Origin: Octopus sinensis
Lineage: Eukaryota
Assembly: GCF_006345805.1 (NCBI RefSeq)
Contig: NC_043006.1
Coordinates: 7,440,001 to 7,504,000, forward strand
Reading direction: 5' to 3'
Length of the DNA: 64,000 bases
Positions 38,690 through 52,942 of this stretch are shown one piece after another. Position numbers and translations under genes: made by a program. The notes beneath the pieces were generated by a model. The model was given only the letters and a program-made list of their open reading frames with translations, searched no databases and was not told the DNA's origin. The first letter of the stretch is position 1. The number at the start of each line of letters is the position of its first letter.

Positions 38690-39494
38690 TTATTCAAAGT
38701 ATTCTCCATTTGAAGCAATGCATCGGTCCAGGCGCGTGTTCAGCTATTGGAAGCACTGTTGGCACACTTGCGAAGTGATACCCTTTGACGCTTCCGTCAA
38801 TTTTTTTCTTCACTTCTTCCAGATCTGCAAATTTCGTAACCTCAGATTTTGTCGTCAGTTGTGATCTTCGGAAAAAGATCCGGATTAACTTCCAACCGTT
38901 CTTTCGGTTCACAACACGCATTCAATTGTGACTGCTTTTGATCTTCCGTGAGCAAGCGAGGCACACGTTTTGCTGCAGTACTTTTCATTCGCAATTCCTC
39001 GCTCAAAATTCGTTGGCAGGCGCTCCAAGGCACGCCAGTCGACAAGTTCGCGAATTGTTTGGTGACAGTCCTCCAAGATTAGTTCAAAAAATGTTGTGAT
39101 GTTCTCCTTCTTTGGGAAGGTCGATGTTCGCCCTGAAAGAGGTTGGTCATCAAGCAACAAGTGACCATTTCTAAAGCGTGAAAACCGCTTGTAAACTTGT
39201 GGTTTGCTCATGGCAGCGAGCTCGTAAGCTGTTTGAAGCATGACAACTGTTTCGACCGCCGTTTTCTCGGGACCACACTCTCCTTTCGTATCAGACATCG
39301 AAAAACTCGACGAACAAGGGAGAAACACTACAAAACAAAGACACGCCACATGACAATACAACACCAACGGACAACGCCGATCGGGAAGCTGATCCCTGAG
39401 AGTCGCATCAAGTGGCTTCTAGCGGCGGAAGCCTGAACTACAACGGGCTTGTCACACGGAGAACGTTTGTGATTATTTGGGGGGTACACCCTCG
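38690..39494 (-). pseudogene. Mariner transposon, internally deleted (catalytic core missing)
   Basis: TA|CGAGGGTGTACC 5' end; KTAVETVVMLQTAY..MSKPQVYKRFSRF; KRVPRLLTEDQK; ITTDD jumps directly to C-terminal KF..EE...GEYFE*. Confidence 0.88.
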
Positions 39495-39565
39495 TACATA
39501 TCGATGTATCAATGTCTACGTTACTTTATCTATGCACATCTTCAAATATCCACACTTAAAATATA

Positions 39566-39796
39566 TATTTCTTTATTGCCCACAAGGGGCTAAACATAGA
39601 GGGGACAAACAAAGACAGACAAAGGGTTTAAGTCGATTACATCGATTCCAGTGCGTAACTGGTACTTTATTTATCGACCCCGAAAGGATGAAAGGCAAAG
39701 TCGACCTGGGCGGAATTTGAACTCAGAACGTAACAGCAGACGAAATACGGCTACGCATTTCGCCCCGCGTGCTAACGATTCTGCCAGCTCGCCGCC
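39566..39796 (-). mobile_element. SINE family B, intact monomer
   Basis: GGCGGCGAGCTGGCAGAA head, B-box-like GAGTTCAAATTCC, ends AAAGAAATA. Confidence 0.92.
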
Positions 39797-41735
39797 TTCC
39801 ACACACAAAATATAATCATGCTGATTGCACATTTGCTACATGTTTTAAAGAAACATATATGTTTTGATGTTTATGTATATCCTATTCATATATCGCATGT
39901 AGATTTTTTCCAAACAAAATTGATATATGCATTTGTAATCTCTCATTGCAACGTTGCAGACATAGTCGCTAGCCACATGTTAATGAATAACAACCTTTTA
40001 CTGCTGCTAGCAATACGGAATATTATTGAGCAAATTCTTTGGAATGCTAAAATGACTTATAATGGATTCTTTGAAAGTAACGAATACTATCACTTCTTAC
40101 AAAAGCTAATTTCGAGAAGATTATGAAATTATGCATCTGACATTATGATGGAATATGTGTAGGGCAAAAATTATGCATAAAAGTCGAAGATTAAATTCGC
40201 GTAGGACGAAATAAATTCAATATCCGTTCCATATGGTTCATAAATTATATTTTCATTAAGTTGCAGTGTTTTTTTATTCTTGTTTTGTTTCCTTTTGTTT
40301 TTGCTTTGTTTTTTATTCAGTCGATTCTGAATAATTCTATCCAATAGAAGATCAGTCAACTCCAAACAGTTTTTAGAACAAATATCAAGTCGCTTTTGGG
40401 GACTTCAAATTCATTCCGCGTTAATTACAATTTTGGGGAACAGATCAGTATCTTTTCATTCTGCAGCAAATTGAAATATTGATCCAGATAATGGTAATAA
40501 TGATGCCCTTTAATCTTTTTCATAAGGCCCTTTTAGAATGACGCAATTATAAATCGAAAAGACACTCGAAAAGAAGTTCCTTATTATATATTCAATTACT
40601 GGCAAGATCGGCAGAAAGCAAACTAAAAACTTAAATATATAAATAAAGAAGTACATCTTTAGAGAATGAAATATTAGAACCAAAAAAAACAAAAAAAAAA
40701 TTAAATTTGAACAAGTTCTGCTGTTCAAGCTGACGAAGAGAGAAGAAATAATTTATTCCATGTCAGAAATAATTTGGTTACGCTGTTGTACAACCGACAA
40801 GTGTTGAGAGAACGAAAATTAGAATATATCGCTCGTAGCCGAGGAGGTTTGTTATATATGAAAGATAAAGATGTTGCCTACTGAGTAATTCATTTTCAGT
40901 GGGAATTCAGAGAAAATCGTTGCTATCGAAATCGGCCATCAATTTTCTCAGCATTATAACTTCCAAACATAAAAATGTATAAGAATTGGAGGAAATCTTG
41001 CAGAACCTGGAATATCTTTGGAAGCAGATCAATAAATAGATGTTGAAAAGGAAGAAAACTCTTCAATAATTCACCTATATGATAAAGTAAATAATATTCT
41101 ACTTTATCAGTAAAGTATATTTTTTTCACATAAAAAAAAATAAATAAATAAAACGGAAGCACATTCCATTTAAGTTGTTTGATGAATAAAGGAAGCTGAA
41201 CAGACTTTTATGATTAAGTATTGATTTGGTGAATTGACATTTGCAGAATTAGGCAATTACTTCTACAAAATAAAACAAATACATTTTTGTTAATCGTATC
41301 TTAGAATGAATGGTGATAGACCTTACTTTATAAAGTTTCGAACATTAGAATACTAACTTCTATACCAAATAGAATTTGGTATATAGAAATAAGATAATTA
41401 TTTTATACATTACTATTAGTCTACTCATGTAAAGCTTTCTTAATAGAATGCTTCAACTTGTTAGCTAGACATCTTGAATTGCATTTCATACAGTTTGAAA
41501 GATACACTTCTTATATGACTTAAAATTCATTAAGACCGTTTCAAAGTGAAACTAGTCCTACATTTGTGTCGACGATGAATCATATCTTACTCCCTGCAAT
41601 TAACCAATGTTATTATATTAGATATTAAACTATTTCTGGATTTCCTCTCGGTATATTAATTACAGAATTTGATATACCTACATTGATAGCCTTTAACTGG
41701 GTTCAACTGAATATTTACTTACTGAAGTCAACAGT

Positions 41736-42152
41736 CGCAGGAGTGGCTGTGTGGTAAGTAGCTTGCTAACCAACCACATGGTTCCGGGTTCAGTCCCACT
41801 GCGTGGCATCTTGGGCAAGTGTCTTCTGCTATAGCCCCGGGCCGACCAATGCCTTGTGAATGGATTTGGTAGATGGAAACTGAAAGAAGTCTATCGTATA
41901 TATGTATATATATATATAAGTGTGTGTGTATATGCTTGTGTGTCTGTGTTTATCCCCCTAGAATTGCTTGACAACTGATGCTGGTGTGTTTACGTCCCCG
42001 TCACTTAGCGGTTCGGCAAAAGAGACCGATAGAATAAGTACTGGGCTTACAATGAATAAGTCCCGGGGTCGATTTGCTCGACTAAAGGCGGTGCTCCAGC
42101 ATGGCCGCAGTCAAATGACTGAAACAAGTAAAAGAGTAAAAGAGTAAAGAGA
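41736..42152 (+). mobile_element. SINE family A, full length
   Basis: Near-identical to 36909-37316. Confidence 0.92.
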
Positions 42153-43558
42153 GACATCTTATGACATTCCCGTTTCCTAAGTATATTAGACGTAGAAGTA
42201 AACTTCAGTATCTTCAGCTTAAGTTCCTGACTCATTTAGCGATGGACCCACTCAGAGTTTATTCGTTTCTCTGCTCCGTTCGTCCCAATTATATAAAGAT
42301 TTTGGCTTGCTTTCATAGAGAAAAAAATAATTTAACTTCTCATGAATATCCAAAGGTCAACTAAAATTAACTCGCTGCAGTTGTCCATCAAATACGTTGC
42401 AAGGACGCAACTTTTCGGAATATTATACCTTCTCTGTTTTATGGCTCCACAATATTAATTAAGAACTTATAATTTATTCAATCTCAATGAAGTAATGTCT
42501 GATAAATAGATTCTATCATGTACGCTGCTAAGGTGTATTAAACTGATCAATATCGACTTCAAATTTAGATCGATATTCACAGTTTAATTCAAATAAATCG
42601 AGCAAGTTTGCGATAAATAATCTTGCAGAGTGTATTTCTGACATTTATAACTTGTAAAATATGTGCAATATGGGTTTATAAATTGTGATAAACTGGGAAA
42701 TCGGAAACAAGTGTTGAAAATAAATATTACTTGGGATATATAAAATGTATGTGTGTATGAATTCTTTTGAAGTGAGCAACCGAATTTTAAAAAAACACAT
42801 TAATCTAGCTCTAATCAAATCATATTCGATATTTTCCTACGTGTAAGGATGTTAATGTTCGTGTTGCTAGCCTAAATGATAGGATTTTAAATTAATCAAG
42901 AAATCTTACAGCAATTTTTAATACTGTCCAATGTTATATAAGTGAATTTAATTGGGTGTGATATCTAAAAAATATAGGTTTTATCTCAACCGTGGGCATG
43001 TAACAAGTTTCTGGATATAGCCATAAGGAAATATAGAGACCCATTGGGAATACAAGCTGATGCTACGACATTCGTATAATGTATCTTGGCTATGTCAGTG
43101 TTTGTTCTGTTGTTAATTACATAGCCATTGATCAACATCTTACAGTGTAATAAAAACGTCAATAGGAACACCTCCTAATGTTACGGGTGTCTCACTTACA
43201 TAATGCCGAGAATCAGGCAATTTCTTTTTTATTTCCGCTCGTAAAAATGAGAAATGTTATCAGCTTTAATGACAATGCCTGTTAATGAATAATGGGAAAC
43301 AATTCCAAAATACAAATCTATTTAAAATTTAATGGACCCCTGAAATGATTTTGCTCTTTGGTATTTACACTGACGATTCTGGCTGGACAAGCTCCCAATC
43401 TATTAAATTTGGTTAAGCTTAGATTTACGTGTACTTTACATATCTTGGAATTGATAGAGAAACTGCATAGAAATTTTAGTACAAAATTGGCAAATCAATA
43501 AATTTTAAAATTAAGCTGGGTAAATAACTACAAATGGACAATTCTCACCTTTTACATG

Positions 43559-43620
<62 letters not shown>

Positions 43621-43622
<2 letters not shown>

Positions 43623-43780
43623 TTGTTTCTCTCCTTGTTTTTTTTTTCTGTGTCCCTTTCTGTAGAAGAGCGTAGGCTCGAAACGTAAAAGACGTTTTCT
43701 ATTATTGAGCGTTATACTATTAAATCTGTTTGTTTTGTACACCATATGTCTTCGTCTTTTGTTTTTTCGTAAACTCTCCC
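43621..43780 (+). mobile_element. Short repeat between two (TA)n arrays with hammerhead-like variant motif
   Basis: GTCCCTTT-CTGTAGA-A-GAGC-GTAG-GCTC-GAA-ACGT-A-AAAGAC at ~43652-43693. Confidence 0.7.
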
Positions 43781-44838
43781 TATATATATATATATATATA
43801 TGAAGAGAGAGAGAGGGGGGAGAGAGAATTGAAGTTGAAACACTTCACACACGGTTACATTAAGTTTCACACTACCGATTATCAGGTAGAATTGATCATT
43901 TCAAACAATACAATGGTTTTAAATAATGCAAGAAAAATAGTTCATAGTGTTCCAATAAATAGTGAAAGTTGATCGGACAGCGGGTGCGTTGTCACATTTG
44001 AGAATCAATGGAGCCTATTGGATAATTGGATTTACGGTTGACACAAATAATATAAACATATACATCGAGTGAAATACATAACTGAACAAAAGAAAGTGGT
44101 TTGCCTTCCAGAAAGGAACTGTTTATAATATCTGCAGCCAATAAACATCAGAGACAAGAAGCACTTTAGTATCTAAACGTCATTGACGAAATTAAAAGTG
44201 TGCAAACCAACCATGTATATAAATACGCATATATTCATTATGGAGAGAAAGAAAGGGCAAGGAATAAAAATGAAAGAGAGAGAGAGATGGGTTTGTGGAG
44301 GAAGGTACGAAGCTTTGAAATGAAGAGTATACACAACGCTGAAAAACGGTGATATATTATTTCAGTTTGACAAAGCATGAAGAGATATGCAGGTCCGTGA
44401 TGAAAGTTTGGTGGACGCAAATAGAGAGCATGTATTAAATGGAGGGATTACACAGAGAAATCTAATGAGGTGAGCAACAAGACAAGTGTGATACAGTTGT
44501 GAATTTTTATCAGCTGTTACAAAACCAAAACGGAGACACAAGACAAAGTAAATGATTAAAAATAATTTGTTACAGGGGGGATGTATATGAAATCTCCTGG
44601 GAAATGAAGAATTCAAAAAATACAAAACAGCAGCATTCATTTATAAAAACACAAAACAATGCTATTATTCTTTGCTTACTATACTGCATTTCCGCTAATC
44701 TAAATATTGTCATTTCATCGGTTGAGCACTCTCACACATGCATATACAAGCATACACGCATATGCATTTCCGTGCGTATATATTCGCACATAAAGACTTA
44801 CACACATGCATACCTACAGACACGTAAATATATGTGTT

Positions 44839-44910
<72 letters not shown>

Positions 44911-44955
44911 GTATATATATATATATATCATATATATATATACATGTATATATAT

Positions 44956-44994
<39 letters not shown>

Positions 44995-45027
44995 CATATA
45001 TATATGTATATATATATATATATATAT

Positions 45028-45275
45028 CACTGTGATCACCGTGACCGACCAGGCTATCAGGTGTTGCTAAACATCGCTGGTCACAATGCGCTTCGCATTG
45101 TTTTAGCCTTCAAATTACGAGCAGGCCAACAGAAGAAAGAGTGAGAGAAAGTTGTGGCGAAAGAGTACTGCAGTACTCGTGGAGCTTATATGTTTTCGTT
45201 CAATAAACACTCAAAACGCCCGGTCTGGGAATCGAAAGCGCGAGTCCACCGCATAACCACTAGGCCATTGCGTCT
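45028..45275 (-). mobile_element. Hybrid SINE: family C-like head with a different 3' tail
   Basis: Head GGAGACGCAATGGCCTAGTGG; tail TGTGACCAGCGATG..GGTCGGTCACGGTGATCACAGTG not seen in family C. Confidence 0.65.
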
Positions 45276-45315
<40 letters not shown>

Positions 45316-45332
45316 ACACACACTCACACACA

Positions 45333-45401
<69 letters not shown>

Positions 45402-45650
45402 CATCTTTTAACAGAAATTTTGCTAATGATTGCTAGTCATTAGTTGGAATGTTTCCAATGTTTCTTTTCAAGAAAGAAAAAAAAAAAACGTCATCGAAAC
45501 AGCGTAATATAAATTTGAATTAACTTTCTTGCAAGAAAGGTTACTTTTAGACGAGATATTGTGTTTACCGGAGGCTGATATTAACCTAACGTGTGCTTTG
45601 ACACATGCATAACTGTCATTGAATGTTCTTTGAAATTTAGCCGTATATAT

Positions 45651-45699
<49 letters not shown>

Positions 45700-45783
45700 A
45701 TACATATACATATAGTGAGAGAGATAGAGAGAGAGTGGGTGAAAAACAAAGATAGATTGATTTATAAATATGTATGCATATAA

Positions 45784-45905
<122 letters not shown>

Positions 45906-46263
45906 TATATAGACATGCATACATTCATAGATGGATGGTGTGTGCCAGTGTTTATACTATATAACTGCAGTCATTTCCCTTAATAGAACTTCAGGTAATA
46001 ATTGTTTTGGCGTTTGCTCATTACCATCATTACCATTCATTACCTGTTGCTTTTTGAACCAAATTGCGTCAATGAAAAAGAGAAAAAACATTATATAATG
46101 ATTTCAAATACCTTCTGTTATATTTTCCCAATTCCTATCAGCATCTGCTCAAATAGGTTATATGTATAGTTATATTTTCCTAAGTAATTATATAAGTGCA
46201 CGGGACTTTATGAAACAAAAACCTGTTGAAATGTTTCAATCATTTGTTGCAGAATATATATGA

Positions 46264-46647
46264 CTAGCAGTATCGCCCGGCGTTGCTCAGGTTTGTAAGG
46301 GAAATAACTATAAAGCATTTTTAGAGAGTTATAGCGAAAAAATAGAAAAAAAATGGAAAAAAAATGATGGTAAATTTTTTTTGAAAGTTAAAAAAGGTGG
46401 AGTTGCGTCCCCTAGACGGTCTGTGGTTTGGGTTTCTAATTCTCGACCCCATGTCGAATTTATCGATTTTTTTCAGAACTGGGGGAACTTTTCAAAATTT
46501 TCGCTGCGTTAGTTTTGAATTATGACATTGGGCTATGTGTGTGTCAAGTTTCATCAGAATCGGTTGAAAGCCGTGGTCAGAGTGAGGGTACGAGAAAACA
46601 GACACACAGAAAACGCACAGACAAACTGCCGTTTATATAGAGAGAGA
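46264..46647 (-). mobile_element. Non-autonomous Helitron
   Basis: A|TCTCTCTCTATATAAAC start; hairpin-CTAG|T end. Confidence 0.82.
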
Positions 46648-46849
46648 TACTGTTCGTCAATTTTTCCTCCTTCTATCACTCATTCTCGCTTGCTCCCCCC
46701 TATCTCTCTCTCTCATACACACAGACACAAATACATAACTCACTCTCTGTAACTTTATCTATCTATTCTTATATATATATATATGTGTGTGTGGGCGTGT
46801 GTGTGGGCGTGTGTGTGGGCGTGTGTGCTTCTGTTTGTGTGTGTATGCT

Positions 46850-46899
<50 letters not shown>

Positions 46900-46959
46900 G
46901 ATAGATAGATAATTGAGCTTGTGTGCGAATTTACTTATAGAATTTGATATATATATGTC

Positions 46960-47006
<47 letters not shown>

Positions 47007-47115
47007 GTGTTTATATATATATATATTATATATATATTATATATATATATACATATATATATATGTATATATATATATATATCATATATATATATATACA
47101 TGTATATATATATAT

Positions 47116-47152
<37 letters not shown>

Positions 47153-47184
47153 TATATATATATATATTATATATATATATATAT

Positions 47185-47434
47185 CACTGTGATCACCGTG
47201 ACCGACCAGGCTATCAGGTGTTGCTAAACATCGCTGGTCACAATGCGCTTCGCATTGTTTTAGCCTTCAAATTACGAGCAGGCCAACAGAAGAAAGAGTG
47301 AGAGAAAGTTGTGGCGAAAGAGTACTGCAGTACTCGTGGAGCTTTATATGTTTTCGTTCAATAAACACTCAAAACGCCCGGTCTGGGAATCGAAAGCGCG
47401 AGTCCACCGCATAACCACTAGGCCATTGCGTCTC
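47185..47434 (-). mobile_element. Duplicate of hybrid SINE 45028-45275
   Basis: Part of the tandem duplication. Confidence 0.65.
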
Positions 47435-47488
47435 CACACACACACACACACACATACACACACACATACACACACACACTCACACACA

Positions 47489-47555
<67 letters not shown>

Positions 47556-47802
47556 CATCTTTTAACAGAAATTTTGCTAATGATTGCTAGTCATTAGTTG
47601 GAATGTTTCCAATGTTTCTTTTCAAGAAAGAAAAAAAAAACGTCATCGAAACAGCGTAATATAAATTTGAATTAACTTTCTTGCAAGAAAGGTTACTTTT
47701 AGACGAGATATTGTGTTTACCGGAGGCTGATATTAACCTAACGTGTGCTTTGACACATGCATAACTGTCATTGAATGTTCTTTGAAATTTAGCCGTATAT
47801 AT

Positions 47803-47863
<61 letters not shown>

Positions 47864-47932
47864 GTGAGAGAGATAGAGAGAGAGTGGGTGAAAAACAAAG
47901 ATAGATTGATTTATAAATATGTATGCATATAA

Positions 47933-48059
<127 letters not shown>

Positions 48060-48418
48060 TATATAGACATGCATACATTCATAGATGGATGGTGTGTGCC
48101 AGTGTTTATACTATATAACTGCAGTCATTTCCCTTAATAGAACTTCAGGTAATAATTGTTTTGGCGTTTGCTCATTACCATTCATTACCATTCATTACCT
48201 GTTGCTTTTTGAACCAAATTGCGTCAATGAAAAAGAGAAAAAACATTATATAATGATTTCAAATACCTTCTGTTATATTTTCCCAATTCCTATCAGCATC
48301 TGCTCAAATAGGTTATATGTATAGTTATATTTTCCTAAGTAATTATATAAGTGCACGGGACTTTATGAAACAAAAACCTGTTGAAATGTTTCAATCATTT
48401 GTTGCAGAATATATATGA

Positions 48419-48802
48419 CTAGCAGTATCGCCCGGCGTTGCTCAGGTTTGTAAGGGAAATAACTATAAAGCATTTTTAGAGAGTTATAGCGAAAAAATAG
48501 AAAAAAAATGGAAAAAAAATGATGGTAAATTTTTTTTGAAAGTTAAAAAAGGTGGAGTTGCGTCCCCTAGACGGTCTGTGGTTTGGGTTTCTAATTCTCG
48601 ACCCCATGTCGAATTTATCGATTTTTTTCAGAACTGGGGGAACTTTTCAAAATTTTCGCTGCGTTAGTTTTGAATTATGACATTGGGCTATGTGTGTGTC
48701 AAGTTTCATCAGAATCGGTTGAAAGCCGTGGTCAGAGTGAGGGTACGAGAAAACAGACACACAGAAAACGCACAGACAAACTGCCGTTTATATAGAGAGA
48801 GA
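48419..48802 (-). mobile_element. Duplicate of Helitron 46264-46647
   Basis: Part of the tandem duplication. Confidence 0.82.
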
Positions 48803-49004
48803 TACTGTTCGTCAATTTTTCCTCCTTCTATCACTCATTCTCGCTTGCTCCCCCCTATCTCTCTCTCTCATACACACAGACACAAATACATAACTCACTC
48901 TCTGTAACTTTATCTATCTATTCTTATATATATATATATGTGTGTGTGGGCGTGTGTGTGGGCGTGTGTGTGGGCGTGTGTGCTTCTGTTTGTGTGTGTA
49001 TGCT

Positions 49005-49052
<48 letters not shown>

Positions 49053-49099
49053 GATAGATAGATAATTGAGCTTGTGTGCGAATTTACTTATAGAATTTG

Positions 49100-49153
<54 letters not shown>

Positions 49154-49155
49154 GT

Positions 49156-49206
<51 letters not shown>

Positions 49207-49334
49207 ATATATGTATGTATGTATGTATGTTTGTATTTGCCTATATTATATGTATAATATGTATATATATATATATATGTATACATATATATGTGTGTGC
49301 ACTCCTGTATTTGTATTGGGGCACAAGCGTATAC

Positions 49335-49380
<46 letters not shown>

Positions 49381-52359
49381 AATTGTACAGTTCTTAAAAT
49401 ATCAAGAGAAACTGTGAGTTACTTCATTTAACAATCCTTATGAATGCTATATAAATATAGTCTTTATCGCGTTTTTTCATGTTTTTAGAAGTATTGTTTT
49501 CACTAGTTATTTTTGTGCTTTGATCAGAATACCACTTTTCTTTAAAAGCAAGAAACCATATAACTCATCACATTCTGTAACAGCTTTGTTATTTATAAAG
49601 CATAGAAAACACTATTTCTGCTAAATCCCTGCTATTCGCTATTCTTTCATAAATCAGCAACGTGGTTGATCTCTGTGATCACGTAGAGGTGAGAGCTAGT
49701 TTCATTGCTTATAACGACTCCATGGACTGCGCCATACACCTTCTCAATACTCCTCAGTTAAACACACTGACTGTTTTATAAAATTCCTACGAAAGATCGA
49801 CATTCTGATGTTTGGCTCAATAAATTTACCTAATGATGAGCAACAATCTCGAATTAAATGCAAGATGAATGAGACCAAACTTAATTTACTGTGTAACAAA
49901 TTTCAAAACAACGTCATAGTGTGCTTTGCTCTTTGTGAATTACACAATGTAAATTTGGTAATCACTGAAGATTAATGTAAACTCAGTTGAGATTTACTAG
50001 TGTTCAAAACATTTATGTCACTATTTTTGTTGATTAAAGTACCAACGTCACAGTCTCCTTTCTTTCCTTATATTATTGCTGACTTGTTTATACGCCATAA
50101 AATTTTCAGACTTAGCGATAACCTAACATTGGAGATTAATTAATGTAAAAACATACCAGGGTTGTTGTATGTGATCAGTATTAAGGATATTGTAAAATCT
50201 TTCAGTTGAAAATCATTATGAGGAACTCAAATATTAAGCTTCTACGTAATTAAGCTAAAGAATATTCATTACAGATTTTACTTACTCGTCGTAAGATGGA
50301 TATTATTATCTAAGACTGTTACTATGAGAAATGTATGGCATTTAGTTCCTCTAGAGTTAAGTTCTGAAAAAAAAAGAAATAATAAAAACCACGTGCAACA
50401 GAGTCGAAACTGTGACGCCAAAGTTGGTTCCCAGTTCTTTCTCAATTTGAGTAAATTCGAAATTCACACAACGTGAACTATAAATTAGTCGTAATTTCTG
50501 TTTTATATATTTTACATTGAATATATTTCATTCCTGAAAAAAAAAAACCTTAGCTTAATTGACATCAGTAATTTTTGTTGCTGTTTTTCATGTAGTACAT
50601 TTTCACACTTAGTTATTACTCTACACTATTCATTGTCTCAAGTAGTTCGTCTAGTTGCCTGAAGTCTATACTTTACCAAGAAGTCCAGTAAGGCTGAAAC
50701 ATATCAGTAGCTGACATGATTACAATAATACTTATCATCATGCTAATACTGTTATTTTCCTTATCACATAGACATTTGTAATCAAGTAATTAATAATTAT
50801 TTCATACTGACTTAATCCACTTAAAATGTTTAGTTAATTTTTTATTTAAGGATATTCGTCATTGAAGAATAAGCTTTACTTTCGGATATTCTTAATTGAA
50901 AATTTTCGTGGTTCGCTGTAATAAGCAGGGTATTTTACGTTCACTACATTCCATTTTGCTTGTCAAGTCACTTTAGTATGGATAGGATATACACTCTCCA
51001 TATTAGCTAGCCTCTTATACGATATTTAGGTTCGCGCGACGAGATTTTTGACATCATATTACAAACAATAAACTTAACGCCTTTGTATAGGTATGAATGT
51101 CTAACATAAGTTTTCCAAGCTACAATCAGCGTATACATACACACACACACACATACACACACGCACATACACACACACATACACACACATACACACACAC
51201 ACACAAACACACACATACACACATATATATATATATATATATATCATGATATGACAATCAATTTATGTTATGTTACTGATGTAACGTATTTCGCATTTCG
51301 TTAATACAACTTTAAAGGTTTAGATCTAACAAAAAGGTGTAATCTGAAAGTTTCAATAATGGTAGGAGATGGGTTGGATGATTCATTATTCATTTTATTC
51401 ATTTATCCATATAATTATTTTTTGTTTTTTTTATTTTCTTCGTTTATCTGAATTATATTCGGGGAACAGTTATAAAATGGTGATGCATAATGAAATAATT
51501 TAGAAATGGAGTATTCACACAAAGTTATAGCATATACCCAAAGGGCAAAACGATCGAAGAAATATATGCAAATTTGATTGACTTGCTACATAAAAAAACT
51601 AAATCTCTCTCAAATCACCCTCTACCGTTAAAACAAGGGAAAGTCATATAAGACACCCCTAAACTGTAGTAAGTCTAGTTGAAATATCCTGGATCGTATT
51701 CTGCTTTATAGAAAATCACCTGAGTTTAAACTACAACAAAATGACACAGGATGAAAAAATGTACTCCAAAGCAAACTCTATAACATTCATTTAGGTATCT
51801 TTGTCGTAAACCTAATCAATGGAATATTCTGAGGAATTTGTTATAAACGTGTTAGAAATACACTCGTATATCTCAGAGATATTACAAACAGACTATTTCA
51901 TTAATAACCTCATCTCTGCTCCATAGCTCTTTATTCCACACCAAACTCAATTTAAAATAATAGAATTAATTCTTGTGTCTGGGAAGAGGCAATAGTTATG
52001 GTAAGATACTTTGTTATCTAAGATGACACACTGATGTCATTATTAATGATAACTCTATTAAGTCACTTTCGTAATATAATGACCATTATCTCTCAGGGAA
52101 CATAATCAATGTTAATCAACAGTATTAGGTTGTTTTCAATTATTTTGTAAATATATTATTAATTTCTATTTCGTAGCAGCAATGTCTTCTGTGATATTAA
52201 CAATCATTGCGGCAAATTTGGTTAAAATCTTTTATACACAAAGTGGAATGCAAATGAGGCGTTCATTTTCTTTTTAGAAGTGTAACTTATATCAAATCAC
52301 TATAAATATGAACTTGCTAGAAATGACTACACCGTGTAGAAAGAAACACAGCATATAAT

Positions 52360-52942
52360 GGTTTCATATTTTGGCACAAGGCCAGCAATTCCGACGGAAT
52401 GGTTAGGTCGATCACATCGACACCGACAGCAAAGTCGACCTCGGCGTAATTTGAACTCAGTATGTAAAGGCAGAAGAAATACCTATTTCTTTAATACCCA
52501 CAAGGGGCTAAACACAGAGAGGACAAGCAAGGACAGACAGACGGATTAAGTCGATTACATCGACCCCAGTGCTTAAGTGGTACTTATTTTATCATGTCCG
52601 AAAGGATGAAGGCAAAGATGACTTCGGTGGAATTTGAACTCAGTACGTAAATGCCGAAGAAATACCTATTTCTTTACTACCCACAAGGGGCTAAACACAG
52701 AGAGGACAAGCAAGGACAGACAAACGGATTAAGTCGATTACATCGACCCCAGTGCGTAGCTGTTACTTAATTTATCGACCCGAAAGGATGAAAGGCAAAG
52801 TCGACCTCGGCAGAATTTGAACTCACAACGTAACGCAGACGAAATACCGCTAAGCATTTCGCCCGGCGTGCTAACGTTTCTGCCAGCTCGCCGGCAGACG
52901 AAATACCACCAAGCGTTTTGCCTGGTGTGTCAGCCCACCACC
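52360..52942 (-). mobile_element. SINE family B composite: dimeric copy (52484-52892) inside an older family B copy, 15-bp TSD-like flanks
   Basis: GGCAGAAGAAATACC (52469-52483) versus GGCAGACGAAATACC (52893-52907); ~183-bp internal period. Confidence 0.88.

Noticed and set aside
38590-38690. Expected right TIR of the mariner element
   Set aside because: No inverted match to CGAGGGTGTACC found
40923-41162. Minus-strand ORF with plausible acceptor (GELLKSFLPFQHLFIDLLPK...)
   Set aside because: No recognisable homology or donor; region looks like decayed repeat
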